Of a stretch of DNA of 64,000 nucleotides, positions 27,589 through 37,598 are shown piece after piece. The stretch is from positions 38,477 through 102,476 of IMG/VR virus record IMGVR_UViG_3300018036_000004. The stretch is one strand, 5' to 3'. Position 1 is the first letter of the stretch. Every line of letters begins with the position of its first letter. Under the pieces are notes generated by a model, which did not search any database, was not told the origin of the DNA, and was given only the letters and a program-made list of their open reading frames with translations. The translations under genes and the position numbers were made by a program. This stretch comes from a virus.

Positions 27589-29919
27589 TTACTCCATAGT
27601 TATAGGTTGTTCTTTATATACTGTTATTATGCGTTCGTCTAATAGGGTAAATCTTTTGTTAGCCTTATCATTAGTAACGGCTTTTAATATAGCCCCTTGT
27701 TCACCAATAATAAAAACCTTTTTCTTAGCCCTTGTAATTGCTGTGTAAAACAAGTTTCTTTGTAACTGTAAAGAGAAACTATTTAACAAAGGTAACACAA
27801 TAATGTCATACTCCTGACCCTGACTTTTATGTACTGTTTGGGCATAAGCCAATCTTAACACTTGTGTGGCTTCTTGAAAAGAGTATCTAACAACACTTGG
27901 TGGTACATCCGTCCCCTCATGTATCTTAACTTCAATCTCTTTAGCTTTCTTATCTATAAAAGACACTTTACCAACATCACCATTATAAACACCTTTTAAG
28001 TAATCGTTCTTAATAGTCATTACACGATCACCCTCTCTTACAACAGCATTACCTAATCTAACTTCAGGTACTGTATAAGAAGGAGGATTTAGTGTCTGTC
28101 TTAAAGACTCGTTTAAGGCCGTTACACCAGCCTCTCCATTATGTCTAGGAGACAACACTTGAAAGTTGTATCTACTATTGTAGAGTTTCTTAGACACTTG
28201 TACAATCTTATCTTGTGCGTCTTTTTGACTACCACTAGCAAATAGTACAAAGTCTTTATTATCAATTGTAGGCATTACACCATGATGTGTATCATGGGCG
28301 GCTAATACAATACCACTTGTATTTTGTTGTCTAAAGATTTCGTCTAAATGTGTGTGGTTAAAAACATTAGTACTTACTAAATCCCTTAGAATGTCCCCAC
28401 TACCAACACTTGGTAATTGGTACGGGTCTCCTACAAAGACAACATGACAATCTTTTCTTGTACCTAATAATAATCTATAAAGCATATGTAAGTCTAACAT
28501 AGAGCTTTCATCTACAATAATAAACTGGGCTGGATGTGGATTCTCTTCGTCAAAACCCCACTCCTGTTTTAAAGACTCATCGAATCCTTGCTTCTTTGCT
28601 GTCTTAATAACACCTGTGTAAGAAGCCAGATCCTCATCTTCTTCTATACGACCTTTAGCACCAAAGGCTCTATGTACTGTCATAGCCTCACAACCTGTTA
28701 CACTAGATAATCTTTTAGCCGCAATACCTGTAGGGGCACACAATAAGAAAGGTATACCTGCGTCTTTTAAAACACTTACAACAGATTGTAAGGTGGTTGT
28801 TTTACCGGTACCAGGTAATCCTGTTAGTACAGACACTTTAGAAGTTAGGATACTAATACTAGCCTGTTTCTGTGTTTCCGTAAGAGTGATGTGATTACCT
28901 TTTGACCAGTTAGAAATACAGGCTTCCGCTACTTGGTTTAAGTCACCACCTTGTTCCACAACCTCTTCTACAGCGTACCCTACATTAGTTAAAGATTTTA
29001 TGTAGGCTTCTAAGTCTATGTTTGTACTTAACCTTTCTATAAGTTGTTGTGTACAATATGTTTCCATATCATAATTATGTTTTAGATAAACACACACCCC
29101 TTGAGTTTCACTTTTATGAGCCACTATACTTTTCTTATGTACTAAGTCCTTTATAGCATCGGAAAAGTCTTCATTGTCTACACTGGATCTTGTTAAGTTT
29201 CTAACAAGATCCATTAACTTAGAAAGTGGGATATATAAGTCACCTTGACTTGTTTCGGTTTTAACTACGGATAAGATAGCCCCTTTTAATCGATTATTAT
29301 TGTCTAAAGACACACCTAACTTTTCAGCTATCCTGTCTGCTTCAATAAAACTAATACCTGCGGCTCTAACTAGTATCCAAGGATCTTGATTAATAACATC
29401 TTCGATGTCGGAACCTATTGTCTTCCATATATTAGAAATAACATGAGTACTTAAACCTAAATCATATAAGTATGTGGTTGTTTCTAAGTGTGCTCTAATA
29501 AAGTTCCATCTGCCAATAACAAAGACTTGTTGTTCTGGTTTTAACTTTTCAACATTAGATAAGTCACCACTGTTTAACAAGTCGAACAGTTTCACATCAT
29601 TACTATCACAGTACATCTCCAATACAGTTCTAGCAAACATGGAAACACCTTGGGCTGTTAAAGCAGACATTATCTTTTCCTCTGTCCAAGTATCTACAGG
29701 AACAGGGTATCTAGTCACACTTAACTGTTTACCATACTTACGATCACTAACCCACTCTCCTTCAAAACTAATCCAAGTACCAATAGCGATCTTATCATAG
29801 AAGTTTCCTTTTACAGTAATAGGTAAAGATTTTTTATCTCCGTCTAACAAGACTTTTAAGATTTTAAAGTCTTCGTTTTCATATACAATAGTGTTTACTC
29901 GTCCACTAAAATTGTTCAT
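27589..29919 (-). CDS. RecD2-like SF1 helicase
   Basis: GLPGTGKTT, APTGIAAKR, VDESSM, VGDPYQLPSV, AQTVHKSQGQEY, YTAITRAK. Confidence 0.92.
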   Translation of the reverse strand: MNNFSGRVNTIVYENEDFKILKVLLDGDKKSLPITVKGNFYDKIAIGTWISFEGEWVSDRKYGKQLSVTRYPVPVDTWTEEKIMSALTAQGVSMFARTVLEMYCDSNDVKLFDLLNSGDLSNVEKLKPEQQVFVIGRWNFIRAHLETTTYLYDLGLSTHVISNIWKTIGSDIEDVINQDPWILVRAAGISFIEADRIAEKLGVSLDNNNRLKGAILSVVKTETSQGDLYIPLSKLMDLVRNLTRSSVDNEDFSDAIKDLVHKKSIVAHKSETQGVCVYLKHNYDMETYCTQQLIERLSTNIDLEAYIKSLTNVGYAVEEVVEQGGDLNQVAEACISNWSKGNHITLTETQKQASISILTSKVSVLTGLPGTGKTTTLQSVVSVLKDAGIPFLLCAPTGIAAKRLSSVTGCEAMTVHRAFGAKGRIEEDEDLASYTGVIKTAKKQGFDESLKQEWGFDEENPHPAQFIIVDESSMLDLHMLYRLLLGTRKDCHVVFVGDPYQLPSVGSGDILRDLVSTNVFNHTHLDEIFRQQNTSGIVLAAHDTHHGVMPTIDNKDFVLFASGSQKDAQDKIVQVSKKLYNSRYNFQVLSPRHNGEAGVTALNESLRQTLNPPSYTVPEVRLGNAVVREGDRVMTIKNDYLKGVYNGDVGKVSFIDKKAKEIEVKIHEGTDVPPSVVRYSFQEATQVLRLAYAQTVHKSQGQEYDIIVLPLLNSFSLQLQRNLFYTAITRAKKKVFIIGEQGAILKAVTNDKANKRFTLLDERIITVYKEQPITME

Positions 29920-29984
29920 ACTATCTCCAATACAATGCGTACAATTATATACAGTAATTACAACAACAATTAGAGGGTAAAAAA

Positions 29985-30020
29985 CAAAAGGAGTAGGACT
30001 TTACTAAATCCTACTCCTTT
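29985..30020 (-). terminator. intrinsic terminator after the RNR gene
   Basis: AAAGGAGTAGGA / TCCTACTCCTTT stem with T tract on the minus strand. Confidence 0.75.
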
Positions 30021-30053
30021 ACTTAAAAGTTAACTTATAAACTTTACACAAGT

Positions 30054-31907
30054 TTAGATAAGTTCACAGGCTCCACCACCACAAGCGATTTCACCAGACA
30101 AGTCTGTTTCATCTGTTTCTTCCAAAACATTATCTAAGTTAATCTCTGAAACATATTGGATAAGTTCATTATACTTTTCCTCAGTGATGTCTTCAAAAGG
30201 TGCTTGGACATAGTTGTGTTCACTATGAGGTAGTACGGACAAGCCATTGTAATACTCACGATTTTCCCACATCCAATTTCCTACAGTATCCCATTCATCT
30301 GGTTTAATAGAAACAGTAGCGGAAACATTGTGTGAGTTAGAGCCTTTAATGTGACCAGGTCTAATCCACTTCTCCGTAACTAACTTAATACGGTTCAAAA
30401 GATCCAAAGGGGACTCATGTCTTGTAATAGCACCTTCGGGAGCCTTTTGAGGTACAGACAAGACACTTGTATCATGTGGTCTGTAAGAGTAAGACTCCAT
30501 TAACTCAGGTACCTTTTCCATTAAATAATTATAAATGGCTTCGTTGTGTCCAATAGTAAGTCTACGGATATAATAATCATTGTGCCACGCATGAATACCA
30601 CTTGAACAACCTAAAACTAAACTTGTAGTTCCAGCGGGCTTTACACAAGTAGTACGGGCTGCTGGGTTAATACCGATCAACTTAGCAACTTCTTGGTTAG
30701 TACTTTTAACTACTTCGGCACTTTGTTCCATATCCAAGTTAAGTACAGCACCTGAAGCAATACCTGTCATAGACACACCAATCAAAGCTTCTTTTTCTGT
30801 AGTTCGTTGCCATACAGGACGAAGGTAATGAAAGTCAGTATAACCGGCTTGTAAAGTTGCTACAATACTAGCAGCCTTACAACGACTGTTAAGGTCTGTT
30901 TGGTCTTTTAAGTCTGAGGCGTTAATCTCTACAAGATTACAAAACTGAAAAGGTTTAAGACCAATTTCACAGCAAGGATTACATCCCCACTCTTTATCAT
31001 TAGATAAGTAAAAACCAGGTTCACCCCAACCAGATTCTTCTACACGCTTCCATACTTTGAAAAAGGTTTCTTTATCCAATCTATGTCTTAATAAAACTAC
31101 AGAGTTATTAGCACGACCTCTTTGACCATTTAACTCGTACCACTTACCAGACTTACAAGATAACATTTCATCGTCATCCGCAGAGAACAAAGAGATAAGG
31201 GCTGCTCTACGAATACCTCCGGCCAATACAGCATCTGCAATATGACAGATCATATCGTGTACTTCCAAAGGTGTTAACTGATCACCGTCTTCCTTAGTTT
31301 CCAAGATACCTTCTAACTTAACAAGACATTCCTTAAGTGGTTGTGGACCTGGAGCCTTACCACCACTTGTAATAAGTCTAGCACCTTTAGGTCGAATGTC
31401 AGAAAAGTCAAATCTTAATCTGGAAGACCCTTTAAAGTAAGATTCTACTAAGGCCTTAACAGCATCCGCCCAACCTTCGATACTATCCCCAATAAGGAAA
31501 CGGCGGGTTCTTTTGTCACTAGGTGTTTTAATAGAAGGTAACTTTTCAACATGATGTTTCTGTACAGAGAAACCCACACCCGTTCCACCTAACAACAAGA
31601 ACATAATCTCTGAAAAGATCTTTGGGTGATCCGCAGGTGCATACGCACAATTGAAAATCCTATTTGGAGACACTTCAATAGGTTTACCTCCGAACTGTAA
31701 AGAACGCATAGAAGGTAGGATAAGTTTGTCGTAAACAAATTCGTAAGCCCATTCGATCTGTTCTTTTAAGTGTGGATATTTAGCGATGTGCATTTCTTTA
31801 TTACGAGTAACTAGACTATACCAGTTCTCTCTTTTGTTTTGTTCTTCTAAGTACCGAGCATACTTCATATGTACGGTAATGTCAGATAAGATTGTCTTCT
31901 CTTTCAT
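30054..31907 (-). CDS. nrdJ: class II (adenosylcobalamin-dependent) ribonucleotide reductase
   Basis: FNCA, GGTGVG, GGIRRAA, NPCCEI, VKPAGT, C-terminal ACGGGACE; no small subunit nearby. Confidence 0.85.
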   Translation of the reverse strand: MKEKTILSDITVHMKYARYLEEQNKRENWYSLVTRNKEMHIAKYPHLKEQIEWAYEFVYDKLILPSMRSLQFGGKPIEVSPNRIFNCAYAPADHPKIFSEIMFLLLGGTGVGFSVQKHHVEKLPSIKTPSDKRTRRFLIGDSIEGWADAVKALVESYFKGSSRLRFDFSDIRPKGARLITSGGKAPGPQPLKECLVKLEGILETKEDGDQLTPLEVHDMICHIADAVLAGGIRRAALISLFSADDDEMLSCKSGKWYELNGQRGRANNSVVLLRHRLDKETFFKVWKRVEESGWGEPGFYLSNDKEWGCNPCCEIGLKPFQFCNLVEINASDLKDQTDLNSRCKAASIVATLQAGYTDFHYLRPVWQRTTEKEALIGVSMTGIASGAVLNLDMEQSAEVVKSTNQEVAKLIGINPAARTTCVKPAGTTSLVLGCSSGIHAWHNDYYIRRLTIGHNEAIYNYLMEKVPELMESYSYRPHDTSVLSVPQKAPEGAITRHESPLDLLNRIKLVTEKWIRPGHIKGSNSHNVSATVSIKPDEWDTVGNWMWENREYYNGLSVLPHSEHNYVQAPFEDITEEKYNELIQYVSEINLDNVLEETDETDLSGEIACGGGACELI

Positions 31908-31973
31908 TCAAGACTCCTGATTATGTAGATTAAAAAATCGGTTGTAGAGAATACTACAACCTATAGCGATATA

Positions 31974-32954
31974 TTAGATGTATTTCAGTAAAATACTTTC
32001 ACAAGCAGCCCAACTATTAGGACAACCCTTTAAAACTTTGGACTCTAACTCGGCTAACAGATATACCATTTGTTTTAGTGTTCCCATCTTCCAGTTTCCT
32101 GCTACAGTTAAAAGGTCTTTTTGAAGTATCCATAAAGGAATACCCAAACGACTTGAGATTTCCTCTGGTGTCTTCTTTTGTTTAAGACACTGTTTTACTA
32201 ATAGTAAGTTGTATAAAACATCTAACGGACCACCACGACCTTTTAACATTAACATTGTAGGATCGGAGGCGGACTTGGTACGGATTTTATACAAAGATAA
32301 GGCTAGTCTCTTTTTGTCTTTTAGTTTTAAACTTTGTCTTAAACCATCTAAGTCTAAATCATCCCCTTGCTTAATTAAACTAGAAACAACCTCTGTTGTA
32401 ACTTGGTTTAATCCTTTGTACTTAGCACATAAGGAATACTTAGTGGCCTCGAAAGATAAAACACCTAAGTCCACACCAACAACCTTCACAACAGCATCTA
32501 CTAGATTGTCTTCTATACTATTACTTTTACCTAAAAGTCTATCACACTCATAAGCTAAAAATCGTTTAGCCACTTTTACTTTATCAGCCTGTCTTGTAGG
32601 TATATTGTGTTCCCTAATCATTTTCTTAGGAACTAAGTCTAACCACTTAATCTTTTTAGGAAGTTCCTTAGTACACTCGATTAATAAACACACCTTGGGT
32701 AAAGGATTGTCTAATACGTCCTTTATAGTGTCTTCTTGTACATCCTCGATCTGAATGTGTATTAAACAAGTATCCCCAAAAGTTCCACAACCTGTAAGTA
32801 AGTCTACTACTTCATTGTCTGTAGATACTCGTTCAGTACGAATACCGTTTTTAAACATACTAAGTTTAGCGTTTCTAATTTCTCTTTGCACTAGAAATTG
32901 TTCTGAACCACCCATAACTAAAACAGGTGGTGGGTTCTTCCATGATATAGACAT
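31974..32954 (-). CDS. holA: DNA polymerase III delta subunit-like protein
   Basis: VMGGSEQFLV N-terminus; GVDLGVLSFEATK; C-terminal ELESKVLKG. Confidence 0.65.
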   Translation of the reverse strand: MSISWKNPPPVLVMGGSEQFLVQREIRNAKLSMFKNGIRTERVSTDNEVVDLLTGCGTFGDTCLIHIQIEDVQEDTIKDVLDNPLPKVCLLIECTKELPKKIKWLDLVPKKMIREHNIPTRQADKVKVAKRFLAYECDRLLGKSNSIEDNLVDAVVKVVGVDLGVLSFEATKYSLCAKYKGLNQVTTEVVSSLIKQGDDLDLDGLRQSLKLKDKKRLALSLYKIRTKSASDPTMLMLKGRGGPLDVLYNLLLVKQCLKQKKTPEEISSRLGIPLWILQKDLLTVAGNWKMGTLKQMVYLLAELESKVLKGCPNSWAACESILLKYI

Positions 32955-32962
32955 AACTACCT

Positions 32963-33586
32963 TTATAGATTTTTAAGGAATAGTTTCACACCTAACAAGA
33001 AACTACCTTTACTGTTTAAAGTGTTTTTTAAGTCAGGCCAAAACCTTAATAGATCTGTTTCCCCTTTTAACACTTCCTCACATAAAACTTTACTAAAAGC
33101 TTCTAATAACTGATCGTAGTATTTCTTATTATCAGGTTCATTAAGGATTTCTAGTAAGCCTAACTCGTCTTTACTTTTAACGGCTTTAAGTAAGTTTTTA
33201 GCTGTAGGAATCATATAATCCGTTTGACTAATATAAGTCTTACTAGGTGGACACCACTTAGGTAAGGTTCTAGATCTAATAGTACCAATTACACCATTTA
33301 AGTTTTCAGCCCATAATGTAATTTTTAAAGGTCCTTCCGCTAAGTCTTCTAATGTCTTTAATAAAGCGTCTGCCGCTTCGGGCGTGGCTTTATCTATAGG
33401 ACCAATAACCACACAAGGAGGTTTATCTCCAACACCACTACTTTGACTAATGTAGACAATGCTACGAGCATCATCTACTTTTAAACCTTTATCTCCAATA
33501 GGTTCACTAATCATTCGTCCTAAGGACTGTGCTCTGTATAGAGCATTGTCTCTAGCCATAGGACCATGGAATAACATAGGTGTCAT
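32963..33586 (-). CDS. holB: DNA polymerase III delta-prime-like protein
   Basis: MLFHGP, KVDDAR, AADALLKTLE, TIRSR. Confidence 0.7.
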   Translation of the reverse strand: MTPMLFHGPMARDNALYRAQSLGRMISEPIGDKGLKVDDARSIVYISQSSGVGDKPPCVVIGPIDKATPEAADALLKTLEDLAEGPLKITLWAENLNGVIGTIRSRTLPKWCPPSKTYISQTDYMIPTAKNLLKAVKSKDELGLLEILNEPDNKKYYDQLLEAFSKVLCEEVLKGETDLLRFWPDLKNTLNSKGSFLLGVKLFLKNL

Positions 33587-33813
33587 TACTTTTCTTCCTT
33601 TAAACTTTGTAATCTTATATACTGTATCTGTAAGTCAGTTAATAGGATTACTTAAAAAGTAATAGTGAAGCCACCATTACAAGTAAGACATCTATAGTGG
33701 ATACTTCTTCCTCCCGTAGGGAGATTGAACTTCCTTAGTACAAGACATCTTTGTCCTGTACATTTAGGTTTTCTACAATTAACAAAAACAGTATCCCCAG
33801 GTTTAGACATAAG

Positions 33814-34218
33814 TTAAAATCCTTGCTCTATATTCTTTTGTTCTAATAACTGTTTAACTAATGTAGGTAATAATACAGTATCCTCAATAGTGTATAAAGA
33901 ACCTATACTAGACTCTATAAAAGTAGTCTCTCCTATCTTTACATTATGTAAGTATATATCTTGTCCTTTAATAGGATACTTACCTAAGTAAGACTTTACT
34001 TGTTCTACAATAGGACTTACTACTTTATCCCATTGTAGTTCATTAATACTTATAGTATTAATTTTACCTTTAAGTAAAACTACTTTACTTGGATTGGAAT
34101 TACTCCAAGTAGCATAACTTATACTATTATTACCAATAACTAAATCAATAATCATATAGTTAAGATTACCAATCTCTTTTGTACTTAATGTATTCTTTCT
34201 ATCATTGTATCTAGACAT
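33814..34218 (-). CDS. AT-rich hypothetical protein
   Basis: 134-aa ORF with atypical composition. Confidence 0.4.
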   Translation of the reverse strand: MSRYNDRKNTLSTKEIGNLNYMIIDLVIGNNSISYATWSNSNPSKVVLLKGKINTISINELQWDKVVSPIVEQVKSYLGKYPIKGQDIYLHNVKIGETTFIESSIGSLYTIEDTVLLPTLVKQLLEQKNIEQGF

Positions 34219-34620
34219 AGTCTTATTCTTACTTATCTTCTTATGTTTACTTTTATTGTTCTTGTTATTTATTGTACTCTTACTATTTCTATTCTTAGTC
34301 TTGTTAATCTTATTAGGCTTATTGTTCTTGTATCAGGTAAAAACATATACTTGAATTCTATACTAAACCTTCCCTAATTAATCCTACCTTTACTTTTAGG
34401 TGTTTAGTTATAGTGTCCGTATACAAAATCCTCATATGTAAAAAACACTTAGAGGAATCCTTTAAAGTTCCTTGACCTTTTATGTAGGTAAAAAGTCTTT
34501 TGGTGGGAGGCTGTTCCTTGACCTAAGGGTTTCCCCTTACTTAACACTAAGTACCATATTTATCAGTTTAGACAAAATAGTTAGATTATCTAAATCCTGT
34601 GGTCGTGTAGTTTAAGTCTA

Positions 34621-34650
34621 TAAACCTATTCCTATATAGGAATAGGTTTA
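34621..34650. repeat. perfect 30-bp palindrome
   Basis: TAAACCTATTCCTATATAGGAATAGGTTTA equals its own reverse complement. Confidence 0.95.
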
Positions 34651-34722
34651 CCACCACCTATGTTATAAAGCATTTTTACCAAACTGGTTCGAATTTTCTT
34701 CTTTTTCTTTTTAGAGGCTATT

Positions 34723-35031
34723 ATGTATACTGTACTAATTGTAGATACAACAAAGGATTTATGGGAACTTGTAAGTACACCTATGAATTGTAATTCCGAG
34801 AAAGAAGCCTTATCCTTAGCTGGACGGTTTTTAAAAGGACTTAGTTCTGTACCTTTGTATTCTAGTAATCTTACAGAGTTTCAATTACAACAACAAGGTT
34901 TACCTATAGATAGTTTAGGTGTATGTGTTTACAGTCCAGCATTGCCGTTTATGGCTGTTATACCTGGTTTAACTTATACAGATCCTAATAATGAAAAAGG
35001 ACCCTACCTTGGTGAGATAGGACCCTTTTAA
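34723..35031 (+). CDS. hypothetical protein
   Basis: GAGG RBS. Confidence 0.55.
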   Translation: MYTVLIVDTTKDLWELVSTPMNCNSEKEALSLAGRFLKGLSSVPLYSSNLTEFQLQQQGLPIDSLGVCVYSPALPFMAVIPGLTYTDPNNEKGPYLGEIGPF

Positions 35032-35050
35032 AGTATCAACCTGAAGAGTG

Positions 35051-35893
35051 TTAGAACAGAAGTTCTTCTTCTCTTGTCATAATACCTTCTCTAGTAAACT
35101 GTATTGTAGAATCTGTATAAGTAATAAGGTTGTCTTCACCCAACACTTGTAAGGCTTTTCTCAACCATTTACTGTCTTCGTCTTCTACATCCAAGTCTTT
35201 AATGAAAACAGTATCTGTATCTTGTTCCATAACCAAACGAGCCATAGAACAAGTCTTTTGTAATGTTTCACGAAGAGTTTGTACAACAGCACGCATAGTT
35301 GTCATTGTATCCCCTTCCATTTCAGCAATTTGAGTCACAGTATAGTCTTCACAAATCAAGTTGTAGATACGAGTGTATCGTTCACTTGCTCTCATTGTAC
35401 CTAAAACCTTACGTAAGAAGTTACTACGATAAGCAGTCTTGTCATATTGTACTTCTTTTGGTTCGGCTACTACAATAAAAGTATCCCCTTCTTCTCCGTT
35501 TTCAGATTTTTGAGAAACAACAATAGAAGGAGTATCCGCAGGTAAGATATAACTGTCCGCGTTTACTTTTTGGTTTCTTTGTTCAGACAAAGTACGAGCA
35601 CCAGTATGATGACGAACCAACGCATCTTGTGCTTTACCGAATACTTGTGTTTGTTTCTTTTGGTTTAAGAACTTCAAGATTGTTGGAAACGCTACAAAAG
35701 GATTGTTACTTAAGTAGTCATCAAAAGTACCTTCTACACACCACTTCCAAAGTTGGAAATTAGTAAAGGATAATAAATCATCGTAAGACTCATGTACCCA
35801 TACTTTTCTTAAAGAAGAAGTGAGTTTACGGTTAATGGCTTGGGTTTCAATTTGTTCACTAAGGAACTTGTGGGTAAGTGTCATGTAAGACAT
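35051..35893 (-). CDS. divergent sigma-factor-like/HTH protein
   Basis: YDDLLS region; ERYTRIYNLICEDYTVTQIAEMEG HTH resembling region 4; AGGAGA RBS; extended -10 TGtTATACT upstream. Confidence 0.45.
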   Translation of the reverse strand: MSYMTLTHKFLSEQIETQAINRKLTSSLRKVWVHESYDDLLSFTNFQLWKWCVEGTFDDYLSNNPFVAFPTILKFLNQKKQTQVFGKAQDALVRHHTGARTLSEQRNQKVNADSYILPADTPSIVVSQKSENGEEGDTFIVVAEPKEVQYDKTAYRSNFLRKVLGTMRASERYTRIYNLICEDYTVTQIAEMEGDTMTTMRAVVQTLRETLQKTCSMARLVMEQDTDTVFIKDLDVEDEDSKWLRKALQVLGEDNLITYTDSTIQFTREGIMTREEELLF

Positions 35894-36117
35894 AGTATTT
35901 TCTCCTGCTTGACCTTAAAAGGTATCGCTTAAAGTAAGGTTAATGTGTCGGACTTGGACTCTTGCGGTCAGTGTCTCTCACTTAAACAGTATAACACATT
36001 TTTAGAGGGTACAAGTAAAAAATACACTTTTTTATGTAGAAATCGTGACTTTTTGTTTTCCAATATGTTGTTTATCCTCTAACATTAGTTGTAAATATAG
36101 TACTGTTAGGAGTAAGT

Positions 36118-37470
36118 ATGACAAAAGTAGGAAGATTGTTAAAAGCAATGTTAACAAAGAGGCTTGGTACAACCTTGAATGAATATAGTTCCAATGTGTT
36201 TGAATACAACGATTTAGGTAAGGCTTACTTCGTAGCAGGTTTCTTAGGTGAAAACTATAGACAAGCGGAACGAAGAAACTACTTGGCCACAAAAGGTGAA
36301 GCCTTAGTACAAGCAGGAATGCCTGCCAATCAGGCTTCACAATGGACAGGAGAGTTAATTGTTACACAAGATTCTACTGGTCGTTCTAACTATACAGAGG
36401 ATCGTACTAACATCTGGAAACCCTCATTCTTTGCTGCTAATCGTATTGTTAACAGATATGGTATTCAAATGTTCTCTGCAGACGATGTTGTTTCTAGTTT
36501 GTTATTAGGTGTATCTGTTGCCACTAATGAACCTATTAATGGTGGTATTCCTGCCCCTTATCTTATTGGACAACAAAAGAGAAACGATGTGGCTAACGCA
36601 ACACCACAAAGTTTGGCTAACTTATTGCAAGTACAGGCAGTACAACAAACAGAAGCCGCAGCACGGGCTATGTCGAGAAGAAGAGATACTACAGACAGTG
36701 GAGATGCTCCGTTGTTTGAAGAATCCAGTGTAAGTTGGTTTGATATTTTAAATGGTGATTACACAGACGAAAGTGGTTATGGTTTGGAAGGTATTCACTG
36801 GGAAGATGTTTTAGATGACAACGCCGCTTTATTAGCCTTAAACGAGACAGTTCAAGGTTCTAACTTACCTAATGCCATGAAGGAAATATTCGAAGTTATT
36901 CTTATTGACCCTAGTTTGTTAGTAACTAGAAGCGGTGACTTATCTGTTAAACAAAAGGATGTGGCGGATGTTTTGTATGATGGTAATCCTACAAAGTCCC
37001 AGATTCAGTATGTAGGTCAAGTTTGGAGGGCTAATAAAAATAAACTTATTAAAACTCTTAGAGACGCTGTACCTAACAATGAAGTGTTGAACATTGTTCA
37101 GGAAGAGTTACAAAAGTTTGATAGATCTTTTAGGGGTCGTAACGCTTCTGTTAGAATGGCTAAACGAGTAGTTAATATGTACTTAGACAAAACTGCTGGT
37201 GTAGATTGGATGAAATGGGGTAAGTCTAAAGGTTTATTAGTACAAAAGGAAAAGTATGGTACTTTACCTGATACTGTAGAAGAGTTTCGGTTTACTAATG
37301 GTTATGTAGGTGATTGGGATAACTTGGATACTTTAGGTGGCGACATTACTTGTTCATTAGAAGTAGTAGAAGACGGATCTTATAGACTTTATACCGGTAG
37401 AAAGATGGAAACCTTTTTACAAGGTGAAGAGAAAGCTATTGAAAGAGCCATACTTAAGTTCTTAAAATAA
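36118..37470 (+). CDS. sigma-factor-like protein with a C-terminal (K/R)xA-delimited extension
   Basis: ADDVVS...GDAPL...SWFDIL...LPNAMKEIF...QKDVADVL pattern; RNASVRMAKRVVNMYLDKTAG. Confidence 0.45.
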   Translation: MTKVGRLLKAMLTKRLGTTLNEYSSNVFEYNDLGKAYFVAGFLGENYRQAERRNYLATKGEALVQAGMPANQASQWTGELIVTQDSTGRSNYTEDRTNIWKPSFFAANRIVNRYGIQMFSADDVVSSLLLGVSVATNEPINGGIPAPYLIGQQKRNDVANATPQSLANLLQVQAVQQTEAAARAMSRRRDTTDSGDAPLFEESSVSWFDILNGDYTDESGYGLEGIHWEDVLDDNAALLALNETVQGSNLPNAMKEIFEVILIDPSLLVTRSGDLSVKQKDVADVLYDGNPTKSQIQYVGQVWRANKNKLIKTLRDAVPNNEVLNIVQEELQKFDRSFRGRNASVRMAKRVVNMYLDKTAGVDWMKWGKSKGLLVQKEKYGTLPDTVEEFRFTNGYVGDWDNLDTLGGDITCSLEVVEDGSYRLYTGRKMETFLQGEEKAIERAILKFLK

Positions 37471-37502
37471 TTTCTTTGATTGATTGATTGTGTTGAATGT
37501 TT

Positions 37503-37536
37503 AAACCCATAAGTTCGCTTATGGGTTTTTTCTTTT
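37503..37536 (+). terminator. intrinsic terminator with TTCG loop
   Basis: AAACCCATAAG-TTCG-CTTATGGGTTTTTT. Confidence 0.85.
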
Positions 37537-37538
37537 AT

Positions 37539-37571
37539 CCCTCTAATCCTAAAACCTATTCCAGTATATAA
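37539..37571 (+). promoter_or_regulatory. class-1 phage promoter (CCCTCTAA-N17-GTATATAA), representative copy
   Basis: The same bipartite motif with a 17-nt spacer occurs at about 10 intergenic sites (see findings). Confidence 0.75.
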
Positions 37572-37598
37572 GGTACAACACTAACATGAGGAGTACCT

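Noticed and set aside
33660-33812. tRNA or defined ncRNA in the hairpin-containing gap
   Set aside because: Only short stems were seen, with no cloverleaf or recognisable family. An Infernal/tRNAscan run would be needed.
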